Positions 36,282 through 50,100 of a stretch of DNA of 64,000 nucleotides are shown piece after piece. The DNA comes from Haliotis cracherodii. Its lineage: Eukaryota. The notes beneath the pieces are model-generated. The model searched no databases, had not been told where the DNA came from, and saw nothing but the letters and a program-made list of their open reading frames with translations. Position 1 is the first letter of the stretch; each line of letters opens with the position of its first letter. The translations under genes and the position numbers were made by a program. The stretch is taken from assembly GCF_022045235.1 (NCBI RefSeq), contig NW_027266275.1, forward strand, positions 16,492,001 through 16,556,000. The letters are read 5' to 3'.

Positions 36282-39200
36282 CTACAGTTTCATCACTCCA
36301 TCCATGACAAAGGCGGCTTTACCCAGCAGTTCAACCCGGTCACCTCTCAGCTTGACCACAATCTCCCCACCTCGTGCAGAACACTGTCTGGCTGGAAGAA
36401 ATCAGAGATTGTTTTGAAACAATTTGTTTCAGTCATCACAGCTACGCGACATGACAGACGTAACGACATTAACACTGGTAACTCACGTTCACCCCTCATA
36501 TATGGCAGTTCACAGTTCGTAAAACACACACCTATATATATACCCAGTGCCATGGGTATTATAATCACTCAGTCGTCAGCTTGAGGGAAATCCCAAAGAC
36601 ATTTTATCACGTTAGTGGAGCGTACTCGCACGGGTATAGTGCAGGGGAAAATAAATACATATATGCCTCACCGGGTATTCTTCTACTTTTTTTGAATGGT
36701 ATAACATGAAATAACAAACGGGCCACATGCAAGTTAATGTCCAACATCTCAACCAACCATTCAATATGACCAATAACATGAAGTAGCTTTCATTTCGCTG
36801 AGACAACACTTACTAAAGAAATCATTCTTTCCTAACTGTTGTGCCCAGTAATGCGCTAGAACTGTCTGCGCAGATCCGGTAACAGGGTCTTCCGGTATAT
36901 TTCCCCAAGGTACAAAACAACGAGACACAAAGTCGTAGGGGGCGCCATCGTCACTCTGGTAACCATCTCCGGGAGGCCCTCTGGTGGTGACAATTAGACC
37001 AAAAAGTCTATCAGCGGATCTCTCCATGGCTGATATATCTGGCGTCCAGGTCTCAAATTCTTCTCTGTCATGAGAAAGAAAAACATTCAGTGGCGCATAT
37101 TTTCAATATATTCAAGTTTTTGTGTGGATATACCACAATGACATCATATAATGTCCACAACAAAAGATTTCACCATTACGCAGTTCCTTCTATGTGAAGC
37201 TCAGAACTCATCAATCAACAGTCGTAAGTAGAATATTGCTGACGTTAAACAATAAAGACTGGGTATACCTGGGTATCGCGTATACTGAATTTGATAAAAT
37301 ACGAATTCCATAGTACGAAAATGACATTCTTGAAAGCTATCTTAGACTTTGTGTCCTAACATAGGTAGACATTGTCTCATCGGCTTGACGTTCAAGGTAA
37401 ACTAAGAATGGACAACTTACCTGGACCATCCGTCGTGAAGTCGTACAAGTAGATAACGCAGGGAGTCGCAGTAGACGATGTCGCTAATACCGGACACATC
37501 CCCTAACGACTGAAGAGTAAAGTGAGCACATTTGGGGTTGTTAATGTTATGTTTCATGATTGTGTCTCATGAAATCTTTTTTTGTGTTCAATACATTTTG
37601 CATGTTGGTGTAAACCCTTTTATCTCCTAATAGAAAGTGTGGACACAGATCAATCCTACTGATCCTTGGAACACTCATACTCAGTACACGCAATGATGTA
37701 AAGGGAACAATGTGTGGTAACAGAAGAATACATACCGCTACAATCTGCTCATGTTGACTTTGGTCCTGAAAACAACAGTAAAATCTGTTTTTTAATCTTC
37801 AACGCTCACAACCGAAATAGAATGTTTCTCAGCTTCTCGGCATAATTGTGTCAAGTAGAAATAAATAGTTTTGACATGTGACATGTGATAACTTTGTTAT
37901 CATCATCATTACTACCTCGGCCTGTTTTAATAACGAAATTCTACAGACAAAGTATTTCAGGCATGTTAAAAATATTATATTATATTCACAAAAAAGCTAG
38001 ACTCCATTTGGTAGCACTAAATGTTTGTTCAATGTTTCCGAAATGAATTTAACATTATTGTTGATATATCATCAGAATTTTAACTATATATCAAAATTGA
38101 CCATTCACCTTAAAATGCAGTAGACGTTAATTATGATAAAATGTCACAGTTAACTACCGCATTTATTTAAGCNNNNNNNNNNNNNNNNNNNNNNNNNNNN
38201 NNNNNNNNNNNNNNNNNNNNNNNNNNNNNNNNNNNNNNNNNNNNNNNNNNNNNNNNNNNNNNNNNNNNNNNNNNNNNNNNNNNNNNNNNNNNNNNNNNNN
38301 NNNNNNNNNNNNNNNNNNNNNNNNNNNNNNNNNNNNNNNNNNNNNNNNNNNNNNNNNNNNNNNNNNNNNNCAGACAATATTTTTTTTACTGAAACGGGTG
38401 GTTAAGTTGTCTAAGTGATCTGTGCAGTTGCATACTCAATTAGGATCCGCTGATCGTGGGTTCGAAACTCTGATTCATCCCGATTATGATCCTTGGTCTG
38501 TCAGTGTCAGCAGTGCTCGTTTGGTTTCATATTTCAGGTACAATGCAAACATCTATTACCCGCGTCACGTTCGGCTTCTCTCCCACATTAAGGTCTTCCC
38601 ACTCGCCACTTTGTTATCTTGATGTTCAACTGTCCAGGTCATAATATGAAAGTACACAATGTATCAAACCCACCTCTTTCACAGTAGTGCCAACGGGGAA
38701 ATCCATGTGAATCGACTGACCCTCCCGTTGAACGATCAAATCTCCACTTAGTGTCTTAAACACGATACGGTCATGTTTGTTGTCTGTGGAAACAAAATAT
38801 ATTTGAATTTGACTTGAATTGAGTATGCCCTGTTCGGCGGGCTGCAACAACTTCGCAATAATCCTTCTTCAGTCCATATAGAGGGCGTTCTTTAGGATTT
38901 TGTGTTTTCTACTCACCTAATTTCCCGAACAAAACAGCTGCTGAAGCCAAAGTAGCATGGCCGCATAGTTTGACCTCGTCCTTTGGAGTGAACCACCTCA
39001 GACCAAACGTGTTACCTGTAAAGGGATATTATGATGTACACTATTATCGATTTTGTTAGAGAAAAGATATGTTTCGTCAATTGCTTTAAAATGGCATTTA
39101 TTATGGTAAAATGCCGAACGATTTATTTTTCATAAGGTATTTGTTTTCAGAACATGCCACACATCCAGCGGACAATACATGTTTAGGGGTGATGGAGGAC

Positions 39201-41212
39201 AAACTATTATATTTAATTCCCAGGATCTCAACACCCTTGAGGTAATGTGTGACGTGGGTGATAGTGACATCGTGAGCGGAGGGCACTGTGTGTTACTCGT
39301 GCTAGTAATCACTAGTTTGACTGTCTCAGCCATAATTATATACAGGCTGTCGTGATACAGCTAGAATATTGCCAAATACGGCAAATAACAACATTAACTG
39401 TTTTATCATCTACTCAGTGAGATCTGGTCAAGATTACAATATAGACACATGTTATTTGAAGGATAAAAGTGTTTGTTTAAAAAAAGATTCAATGTTGGTC
39501 TACGTTTAACTGTGTAGATTTTGTGTGAGCACCATTGACAAATTTATCTGATGTTGACATCAACTTTATCAGAGTGGCTTTATTGCATCAATAACACTAC
39601 CAATTACATGACAATTTCATTATAAGTTTGTACCTCCCTCAGATACTTGTGCGATAAACTATTTTACAAAGTGAACTTCTTTTGTGTATATCGATGTGAA
39701 ACTTACTTTCTTTAAAACTATCCGACTTATGTAAAAGTTTGATAAATGCAGTATCAGACAGGTTCATCTCCACGGCAATCTTCTGCAGGATATCATCGCC
39801 TAGATTCTGTAAACATTTTCAGCAAAATACATGAAAGCACTGACCCCATCCGTCACCAAAATGTAGAAAAACAGAAACTCAATATATTGTTGAAATGATA
39901 GTTACTTTATATACTGTCCAAGTTCCTTGCCACGGGGAGATGCTATATGGGGAGCATGTGTCATGTGTTTCTACCCGCATAACAGTATATAAATAAAACA
40001 ATAAGGAATCATAAGAAATTAATACTGTTTTACAAAGTATTCCATTCCTATAAGAATGAGGTAATGACGATCTTAAAAGCCGTATTTGTGATTTTTATCA
40101 AATTTATCTGTATTTCTTAAGGGAAACATAATAGTGTACAGACCTTTTGTCTGCATAATATACTTTCATTATAATCAATAATATTGTCATTCCTAAATCG
40201 GACGAGCACATATTCAGCGTCAAGTCCAAATCTGCAAAATGACCGACAAAATAATTATGTGGACAATGCAAACAATACAGTGGGGAATAATACTGACAGT
40301 AATTTGCCAATGTAGAATCTATATGTAATACATTATTTGCTCAAGTTCAATATGTCTTTTAAGTTTCAGATTTAAGATTCAAGAAAGAATGGGGTAGTAT
40401 TATGAATAAAATCAAAATACGAAGAGCGCAAAACATTCAGTATCCGAGATCATGTTCAAGTTTAAGGATACAGGCATATTAAGCATACAAATAGTTAGTT
40501 CCAAAAAAGAGTCAATGAAGTTCCGCAAAAATCGCAAATATTCGCGAATAATCCTCGAAGTTTCTGAGGAGTATTTTAGAAATAAAGTAAAAGACTTTTA
40601 CGTTATAGTGCATGTGGATCTCTACTAATATACTACGCTGTCTTCATGCGTATATACAAACGAGATAGCAGTCTGTTGCTACATCTAAGAAATGCATCTA
40701 CTACAAAATGTTGAAAATAATTAATAAATATAAGTCGATAAAGCGATGTACCCATTCGGCCAGCACAGCAAATTGTGAGTAGTAGTAGAGGCTGAATTCA
40801 GGTCGCGATTGAGCTGACGGGGCGCGCTGTGAGCTAGCTATTGGAGTTACCTCCCTTCAATACTCACTGGTTTGTTTACACACTGTGTCTCCACAGGTGG
40901 ATGAGATTAATTTCACAATCAGGAATTGGACTTGATTTTGCAGTTACAAACTGATTCTTTATCAGAGAATATTGATCATGTACTTCTGTCGTCATATAAA
41001 AACCAACAAAATACCTGCCGAATATCATTGTTATTATCAAATGAAAACACAGCGGGGATGCTCTCGTTGAATTTGAGATGCTATTTGTGGCGAAATCCAC
41101 AGTAGAAACTTACAACATCGGACGGCAAGGGACAGATGGCGGCCGGGTTGCCTTTGAAGGGGACGTCAGTGAAGGCATCGACAGTGTAGAGCTGGAGGGA
41201 GACATCGGCCAT
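36282..41212 (-). CDS. PBLD: Phenazine biosynthesis-like domain-containing protein (PhzF/DAP-epimerase fold), type-1 copy B, intact 8-exon ORF, 295 aa
   Basis: Exons 41212-41114, 39806-39707, 39015-38917, 38783-38674, 37765-37736, 37509-37421, 37064-36814 and 36391-36282 total 888 nt, all GT-AG and phase-compatible. Motifs [56 protein letters not shown]. Confidence 0.92.
38173..38370. other. Assembly gap (N run) in intron 4 of PBLD copy B
   Basis: Run of N. Confidence 1.
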
Positions 41213-41319
41213 GTTCTAACTTCAGTGTTGTACACAACAGAGTCCGGCGACTGGGCGGTGTGTGGCCTGACCTATTTTAGCCCTGAAGGGCCGCAACTAG
41301 GGCATAGAACGAGTCTAAA

Positions 41320-41533
41320 TAGTGAGTGAGCGAGTTGGGTTTACGCCGCGTTTAACAGTATTCCAGTTATATCGCGGCGTGTCAGCTTAATGTGGGAGGA
41401 AACCCTGGAGTGATGCAAGTCTCAGACGTTTACCACTTCGGTGAAACCCACGAGCACGGGTATGGTGCTGTCAAACCTAAAAACATAATCGGGGCGAACC
41501 GGGATTCGAACCCACAATCGTAGGTTTCTGGCA
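41320..41533 (-). mobile_element. SINE family L, 5'-truncated, about 110 bp upstream of the PBLD-B start codon
   Basis: Reverse complement matches 18670-18880. Confidence 0.88.
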
Positions 41534-42054
41534 TGAATTCATTTAATATCACCAACTATTTACTGTTATTAAATATTTTAATAAAATCAGGACAGAATTA
41601 ATGATATCAATAACACGTGTGCTCCCCTTCTGGCTGATCAGTTTCTTTATGAATATGAATCAGATTCTCTGCTCGGATAGGAAAAGTCCAAACAAGGTAA
41701 TTTGGCCACTGTATATATTCACTGAAGATCTCTGGTTATTACTCTACAAGTGAACATTTTGGTCACTGAGTTACATTGACAAGTACGTAATGACGATAAT
41801 TGCAAAAAGTGTATGCTATAAGCAGATCATAACAAGACATTATCCTGGAATTCCATAATGTTAAATACCGCATTATTTGAAACCAAAAGAAATATAACAA
41901 CACAACATACCCAAAAGACTGGTTTGTTTTTGTGTTTGGTATTTGATTGACATGTGAGATTGTCGGACAAGACAGGTGGGATCCGAACGTATTGACCAAC
42001 GGTCTCAGCCTGTCAGCTTACGTTTGGGGAAGGCATGGTTAGAGTGTCATAAGA

Positions 42055-43905
42055 TCAGTGCTGGTCCAGTGTTAGTGTAATATCCACGGTGAACCTGGCT
42101 GTACCTAGTATTTCCAGACGGTCGTCTCCAGGTCTGATGGTGATGTCGCCTCCACGTTAGGAACACTGTCTCGTTGAAAATGAAACCTCACAAACCAGTG
42201 TTTGTTAATGCATGTTGTGCTCACATTTAAAAAATGAATTCTTGAAAAAGTAAGATTCCCCACATGAGGAAGCCCATTTCAATGATCCCTGTCATGATAC
42301 TATTCGAATACGGCTTATGTATTACAACAGATGGTTTACACCAAACTACAAATTCACTTACCAGCATCCCCTCACATCTTTATTCATTCAGGAACATTGT
42401 AAACAGACAACGCCAGAAATCTCTTTTCCCTAGCTGTTGTGTCCAGTCATGCGCAATGATCCTCTGCGCAGTTCCTGTTTTGATATATTTTAATGATATA
42501 CGTCCGCTAAAAGAACTTCAAATTACATTTGAATGCGGTTGACTGTTTATCAAACATCGGTTGACTGTTATCATTGCAATTATCATCCGATTACGAAATG
42601 TGTATAAGGTCATATGTACATGGCGGAAACTCATTTTATATATGTTTTTATTTTAAATCCATTTTATATCATTTCTCTGTCAAACAAGATAAACTACCTG
42701 ATATATATATTCAGCAATCCTGTTTATCTAGCCAATCCCTTATAATTACGAATCCCACTTCAAGAATCTAGCCTTGCAATCCTGCACGTATGGTCCACTA
42801 TACATTCCCTTACGTCTATCTCATGGGTGCCAAGGACAAACAGAACAGCTTGACAGTTGATGTTCAACAACTCTCAGGATACCTCCTCCTACATAAAAGT
42901 CTTTCTTGCACCCCGATCCTGTAAGATGGTTAACACCCTGTTGACACAAAGGTTCCCTCGTCGACATAACTTTCCCCTTGAACCCGAGAGAATGCCTACA
43001 CGACAAGAAAGGGGGTTAACTAACACCAAGATCTTCAAATACGGTATACATCCTGCTTCCAAACGAAAGGACCTCAATAGAAAGTTTATGTCCGGTCCCG
43101 AAAGAAGGCTTACATCCTAATCCTGGAAGAAGGTTTACCCCTCGTTTTAGAGGAACTCTTACACCCTCATTCCGAACCATCCTGGAACTGGAAAAAAACC
43201 TTAAGCCTCGTCTCGAAGGAATACGTACACCCTGATGCTAAGAGATGGCTAGCATGGACTTAAAAGAAGGCTTACACTCTGGTTCTGAAAGGTTTACACG
43301 CAATTCTTCACGAATGAAGCATCCCGTTTATACGTTATACAATACTGATACATAACATTTTAGAAGCTTTGAATTTTCCGTACATGATCTCCAGATCTAA
43401 ATAACAGAGGACGTACATAGACCATGTGCTCAACTTAAAACTGATGGGCTGTTTGACACACTGTACTATTGCTTTTAAAACCCATTTTTTTAAATGACCA
43501 TCACTCTGGTAGTCTCATGAGGAGATACCGTAGAAAGTGACACTGGGCGACATCAATGAAGGTGGGAACGTCGCCGCAAGCCTTTGAAGCAAGTGTAATA
43601 ATCCAAGAGTAATCACATTCTATGGTCAACATTCGCGATATTTCTTGATAATCATTAAAATGAAATGATAATAAAATGTGTCAATGGACAAGGGGACATG
43701 TAGACACGTGGTTTAATGTACTGCTTCCTTCAATCGTGTCAGGATCCGGTGATCGGTCGTATGAATCATATATTCGCCAAGATTCTGATTCTTGCTTTAT
43801 TAGCTCCATACCCATGCTCTTGGGTTTCACAAAAGTTGTCAATGTCGACAACGAGGATTTGCTCAACAAGTTCATACGTACCATTGAAATAGTCGAAAGG
43901 CTCCT
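42055..43905 (-). pseudogene. PBLD type-2 relic D2 (decayed exons 5-8)
   Basis: Exon 8 at 42173-42055 has TAA at 42159-42157 and a CAA acceptor. Exon 7 tail at about 42475-42415, exon 6 at about 43582-43495 (ACGDVPTFIDVAQC..LMRL), exon 5 remnant at about 43903-43882. The introns align with copy D. Confidence 0.85.
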
Positions 43906-44017
43906 GAAAATGAATAACCACCTATTCCTGTAAACGCCGTGAGTGAGTATTATTTCATACGAAAGTAAGCATTTCCATCTGAAATGTCGCAGCGGCATGT
44001 TATTAATCGAATTTGCT

Positions 44018-44019
44018 AG

Positions 44020-44063
<44 letters not shown>
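44018..44063. repeat. (TAC)n microsatellite
   Basis: Read directly. Confidence 0.95.
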
Positions 44064-44064
<1 letters not shown>

Positions 44065-45051
44065 GGATGATCTTTGGTGCAACACAAGACATCTTTCTAA
44101 CATTAACAAGAATGTAGACAGATGCTTTTGAAGTTAGAAATGTAACTAGGTCTGTGATCACCATTCCTATTTAAATACCTTAGCAGTTTTAGCAGATTTA
44201 TTACAGTTGTGATGTAACTGACCAACCAACCAGAATAGATTATACTCATGTCATAAATGTAATTGTAGTATTCGACATCCTGGTATAGCTGACATGTTTT
44301 TAATAAAAACACTTTAAGTAATTATGAGAGTATAAATTTTATTAAAGCAACATATAAAGACCATTTCCTCCTCAGTTCAGATATTACTGACAACAAGCAC
44401 CTGTTACGTAATGATAAGCGACACATTGCCAAGCCGTTCCTTTTATGCTGAACTATTGTAGTTTTTTTCCAGCTGCTTCTAGTTATTGCGGCTACAGTTT
44501 CAGCACTCCATCCATGACAAAGGCGGCTTTACCCAGCAGTTCAACCCGGTCACCTCTCAGCTTGACCACAATCTCCCCACCTCGTGCAGAACACTGTCTG
44601 GCTGGAAGAAATCAGAGATTGTTTTGAAAAAGAATTGTTTCAGTCATCACAGCTACGCGACATGACAGGCGAAACGACTTCAACACTAGTAACAGCCCAG
44701 TCACTTTCGCCCCTCTATACGACAGTTCACAGCTCATATATGTATCAGACACCTGGCTATATATGCAGTTCCATGGGTATTTTAATCTATCAGTCGTCCC
44801 AGGTCGTAGGCCCAAATGTATTGATGAGTGAGGGTGCTTGGTTTAAGAACACTTTCAGCAGTATTTCTGTTAATGTCACTGGTACCACTTAGGGAGAAAT
44901 CCCAAAGTGACGCATGTTGCAGACGTTTATTGCTTCAATGAAGCCGATTAGTACGGCTATAGTGGTGGGGATATTATATTTCATATCAGTATGAGTCAGG
45001 TAGTCAATCAGCTATTCAAAGAAAACAACGTGTTCTACCATGCCATTCGTA

Positions 45052-45278
45052 TGTTTGTTTGTTGTTTAACGCCGCACTCAGCAATATTCCAGCTATATGA
45101 CGGCGGTCTGTAAATAATCGAGTCTGGACCAGACAATCCAGTGGGCGACATCATGAGCATCGATCCACGCAATTGGGATACGATGACATGCATCAACCAA
45201 GTCAGCAAGCCTGACCACCCAATCCCGTTAGTCGCATGGGTTGCTGAAGACCTATTCTACCCCGGATCTTCACGGGTC
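45052..45278 (-). mobile_element. SINE family R with a complete 5' end (GACCCGTGAAGATCCGGGG...)
   Basis: 14-bp TSD CCATGCCATTCGTA (45038-45051 and 45279-45292). Confidence 0.92.
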
Positions 45279-46959
45279 CCATGCCATTCGTAACATTCGT
45301 TTGTAACATGTTAATTGTTATATGGCAACATAATAGGTTATGTACATAATCAAGTGTGTTTCACCATAATTTGTTCATTGATTTTGGTCATTTACCGAGT
45401 TCACAATTTAGTTTTGAACGAACCCATTTCAGGGTCAATCTACGTGTTTCAACCTGGAATGAACTCGTAACATACACGTCACAAACAATTCTCAAATCAC
45501 AACCAACAATTCAAAGTGACCTATAACATGTAATAACTTTCATTCCCCTGAGACAAAACTTACTAAAGAAATCATTCTTTCCTAACTGTTGTGCCCAGTA
45601 ATGCGCTAGAACTGTCTGCGCAGAACCGGTAACAGGGTCTTCCGGTACATCGTCCCAAGGTACAAAACAACGAGACACAAAGTCATAGGGGGCGCCATCA
45701 TCACTCTGGTAACCATCCCCGGGAGGCCCTCTGGTGGTGACAATTACAAGAAACACCCTACCGCTGGATCTCTTCATTGCTGATATATCAGGCGTCCAGG
45801 ACTCGAATTCTTCTCTGTCATTAGAAAGAAAAACATTCACTGCTGCATACGTTCAATATTTGTTTGCACGAAGTCAGTTCTCAAATATCGAGCACCCTGT
45901 TCAAATACATTGAGATGAAGAAAACAAAGACATTAGTTTTATCCATACCAAGGTTCCTGTTTTTATAACTGGGGATCCGGGTTCAGAATATGTCCCACCA
46001 CTCTATTGCATGTAGTTACAGGCGACTAAATAGGAAATAATTGGTGTCATCGTACGCGGACAATTGTGGGACCTTGCTCATTATATAAATCTCTTGGGTT
46101 ATTTTACCAGTTGAGATCCGGGTCTTCAGCAACCGATGCTTGTCGTAAGGGGAGACTATGCTGGTCGCAAGAGGTGACTAGATGGATCGGATGGTCCGGC
46201 TCGCTGACTTGCTTGATGCATGTGATCGTATCCAAGTTGGTCGATGTTCATGATATCACCACTAGACATGGATTGTCTGGTCTAGACTCGATTGTCGACA
46301 GCCTGCCGTCATATAGCTGAGAATATTGCTGAGTGCGGCGCTAAACAAACAACAAAACTAGGCTGGAAGTACATCTAAGAATGTTATCTAAGAATTAGCA
46401 ACTGACCTGGACCATCCGTCGTGAAGTCGTATGAGTAGATAACGCAGGGAATCGCAGTAGACGATGTCGCTAACACCCGATATATCCCCCAACGACTGAA
46501 GTAGAGAACAAATGAAGACATATGATGTTGTTAATGTTGTTAGTACTGGTGTTGCTGTTGGTGTTGATGTTGATGTTGATGTTTCATCATAATGTTGCAT
46601 TCAGTCAATCGTTTTCCTTATAAAGCAATGGGCACAGATCAATCCTACTGATCCTTGGAACACCCATACTCAGTACATGCAATGATGTAAAGTGAACAAT
46701 GTGTGGTAACAGAAGAATACATACCGCTACAATCTCCTCATGTTGACTTTGGTCCTGAAAAAACCCCAGTAAAATCTTCAACTCTCAGAACCGAAATAGA
46801 ATGTTTCTAAGCTTCTCGGCATAATTGTGTCACAGCAAACTCCGTTTCACAAATTGTAGTTGGTAAATCTAAGTGGAAATAAATAGTTTTGACTTGTTCA
46901 ACTTTGTTATCATTATTAAAAATAAGTGTATCTCAGCCGTTAGACCTCGGCCTGCTTTA

Positions 46960-47115
46960 GTGAGTGAGTTTGGTTTACGCCGCTTTTAGCAATATTCCAG
47001 CAATGTCACGGCGGGGGACACAAGAAATGGGCTTCACACATTGTACCCATGTCGGGAATCGAACCCGGGTCTTCGTGACGAGCAAACGCTTTAACCACTA
47101 GGCTACCCGACTACC
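46960..47115 (-). mobile_element. tRNA-derived SINE, family D
   Basis: Reverse complement matches 50444-50613. Absent from the equivalent intron position in copies A and B. Confidence 0.85.
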
Positions 47116-50100
47116 AACAATGTATTTCAGGCATTATAAAAGTAAAATTATACAAACATATTCAAATTTTTACACAAAAACAGCTATATACACGGGACAC
47201 CATTTGGATACATTTAGTTACAGTTATCGGAATATTAACTGCCTATCAAAATTGACCTTTCGCCTTAAAATGTAGTAGACACTTATCATGGTAAAAGGTC
47301 CCACTTAACTCCAGCTGTTCTATTTAACCGCGAGGCCTACAAATCTGTATTTGTTTGTTTGTTGTTGAACACCGCACTCAGCAATATTCCATCTATATGA
47401 CGGCGGTCTGTAAATAATCGAGTCTGGGTAGGTTTTGTGGTCATTCGATACAACAAACAATATCTTACTGGAACAGGCGGCCAAGTTGTCTAAGTGATAT
47501 GTGCAGTTGCGTACCTAATTAGGATTCGCTGATCGTGGGTTTGAATCTCGTATTCATCCTGATTATGATCAATGGTCTGTCAGTGTCAGCCGTGATCGCA
47601 GTCCTGTTACTGGTACAATGTATACAACAATTCCTCGCGTCACTTAAGTTGGCACGCAGTGATATAACAAATACCGTTCAAAGCGGCGTTAAACCTAACA
47701 CACCCACTCACCACTATATTATCTTAATGTTCAACTGTCCAGGTCATAAAATTAAAAGACCACAATGTATCAAACCCACCTCTTTCACAGTAGTGCCAAC
47801 GGGGAAATCCATGTGAATCGACTGCCCCTCGCGTTTAACGATCAAATCTCCACTTAGTGTCTTAAACACGATACGATCATGTTTGTTGTCTGTGGAAACA
47901 AAAAAAGTTTAAATTTGACGTTGAATGGAGTTGAATGCCCCGCTAGCGAGCAGTATACAGTTGGCAGTATACTTCATCAGTCAAAATAAAGGACGGTCCC
48001 TTCAATATTCGTGTTTCCTACTCACCTAATGATCATTGGGTGATACCTCAGGTAAAATTAGAGTCCCGGACATAATTTTGTGTTAATGTGTGATGTGGGT
48101 GATAGTGACATCGTGCCCGGACGGCGTGGATTGTTGCTCATACTATCAACCACTGGTTCGCGTGGCTAAGCCTCCCAGGACGCGGTGATATAGATGGAAT
48201 GCGGTACAAATGCAGCAAAAATCAACCTTAACTCTTTCATCTGCTCATTCAGATCAAGTCAAGTTTCAAACACAAGACACATAGTGGCGATATGAGATAT
48301 ATGTCCAACATAACGTAGTTTAAAATACAATCTACTTTCCTTAGAGTCATAAGAATATGATCGCTACAGAGTCATGGTCACGACATATCATAAACATTTA
48401 CTCATATACGAATTTCAAGTTTATTTTACAGAAAAAAGTGCTGGTATTAAAGAAGATTCAGTATTGGTCAAAGTAACAATTATGTAGAATTCTGTACCAC
48501 AATATTTACATATTTATGGGATGTGATATCAGTTTGGCTTCTTGCAAGTATGATACTAACAATTACATGACAATGTCAATTATGTGAGAGACTTGTGTGA
48601 AATACAGTTCTGTTACTTTTCTACTGACAGACTCATAATCCAACAAAGAGAAGGATTGGATACCCGTACAAGCGAAACTTACTTTCTTTAAAACTATCCG
48701 ATTTATCTATAAGTTTGATAAATGCAGTTTCAGACAGGTTCATCTCCATGGCAATCTTCTGCAGAATATCATCGTCTAGATTCTGTGGACATATTTTAGC
48801 CAAATATATGAAAGCACTGATCGCATCCGTCACACAAATGTAGAAAAACAAGATTAAAACAAAATATCACATAATGGCAAAGTACATACCTTATCATTTC
48901 CTTAATGTAGTAATATACTCAACATATTGTAGCAGTGTCAGTTACTTATATAGTGTTGTGGTGATAGTTATTTAATATATTGTAGCATTTGCACAAAAAA
49001 GCACAATTACAATTAACGAAATCACGGGCAATGTATGATGGCTTATTTTGACATTTTAGGGGCAACTAGGACAATCAAAGGTTCCACTTGCGCAGATGAG
49101 GAATGTGTCATTTGTAGGAGAAATTGAATGTAGGTCGCGTTTGGGACACAGGGACATCGCTGTGTGAGGAAAGCTATTAGAGTTTCCTCCCTTTAATACT
49201 CGCTGAACAGTGTGTGCACACAGGTGGATCAGATTAATCTCACAATCAGGAACTGGACTTGTTCTTGCAATCATAAACTGACTCTTCACCAGGGAATATA
49301 GATCATGTACTTTTGTCGTCACATAACTAACATAATGCCTCCCCAATATCATTGTTATTATCAAATCAAAACGCAGCGGGGATGCACTCGTTGAATTTGA
49401 GATGCTATTTGTGGCGAAATCCACAGTAGAAACTTACAACATCGGACGGCAAGGGACAGATGGCGGCCGGGTTGCCTTTGAAGGGGACGTCAGTGAAGGC
49501 ATCGACAGTGTAGAGCTGGAGGATGACACCGGCCATGTTCTAACTTCAGTGTTGTACACAACAGAGGTCGGCGACTGGGCTGTGTGTGGCCTGACCTATT
49601 TTCACCTTGTGGGGCCGCTACTACGATATAGTACCAGTTTAAATAGCGACAATATTTCTGATATCATCAAGTCTCTAATATTGCAAATGAATTGTGATAT
49701 CAACAATAGATGTGAACACGGCGTGTTGTACGGCAACAAAGACATTGCCAGGATGCACTTTGATACTCCACAACTCTGTGGCGTCTATTAAGCTCACCTA
49801 ATATTATGTAATTACTTTGTTGTCCTTTGTACGATGTCATTTTTCTTTACTTTCCGGGTCATTCCTAGCAGCGTGTCTCTTTCCGTCCTATCACACATAT
49901 CATGGACGGGTTGTCCGTTTGATTCGAACATATTGCTAATAATCCAGGTGTTGTCATCGGTGGGAACAAAACACTCCAACGTACACCGTCACCATGTATA
50001 TAGTTACATGACGAATCCACTTTCCTGTAACAGTCTGGTGAACCATGGCCAGTATTGCTTTGGCTGTAGATTTTTGTGGCGGGTACACAAATGTCACTGG

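Larger units (their letters stand above)
44492..49536 (-). pseudogene. PBLD: PBLD type-1 copy C, exon 3 deleted (remaining 7 exons in frame, potential 262-aa product)
   Basis: Exons 49536-49438, 48782-48683, 47889-47780, 46754-46725, 46495-46407, 45814-45564 and 44601-44492 are intact. Of exon 3 only the last ~5 nt and the donor survive, at about 48030-48020. Confidence 0.82.

Noticed and set aside
42980-43310. Degenerate ~24-bp repeat or coding repeat
   Set aside because: Periodicity is too weak to define by eye and there is no sustained ORF.
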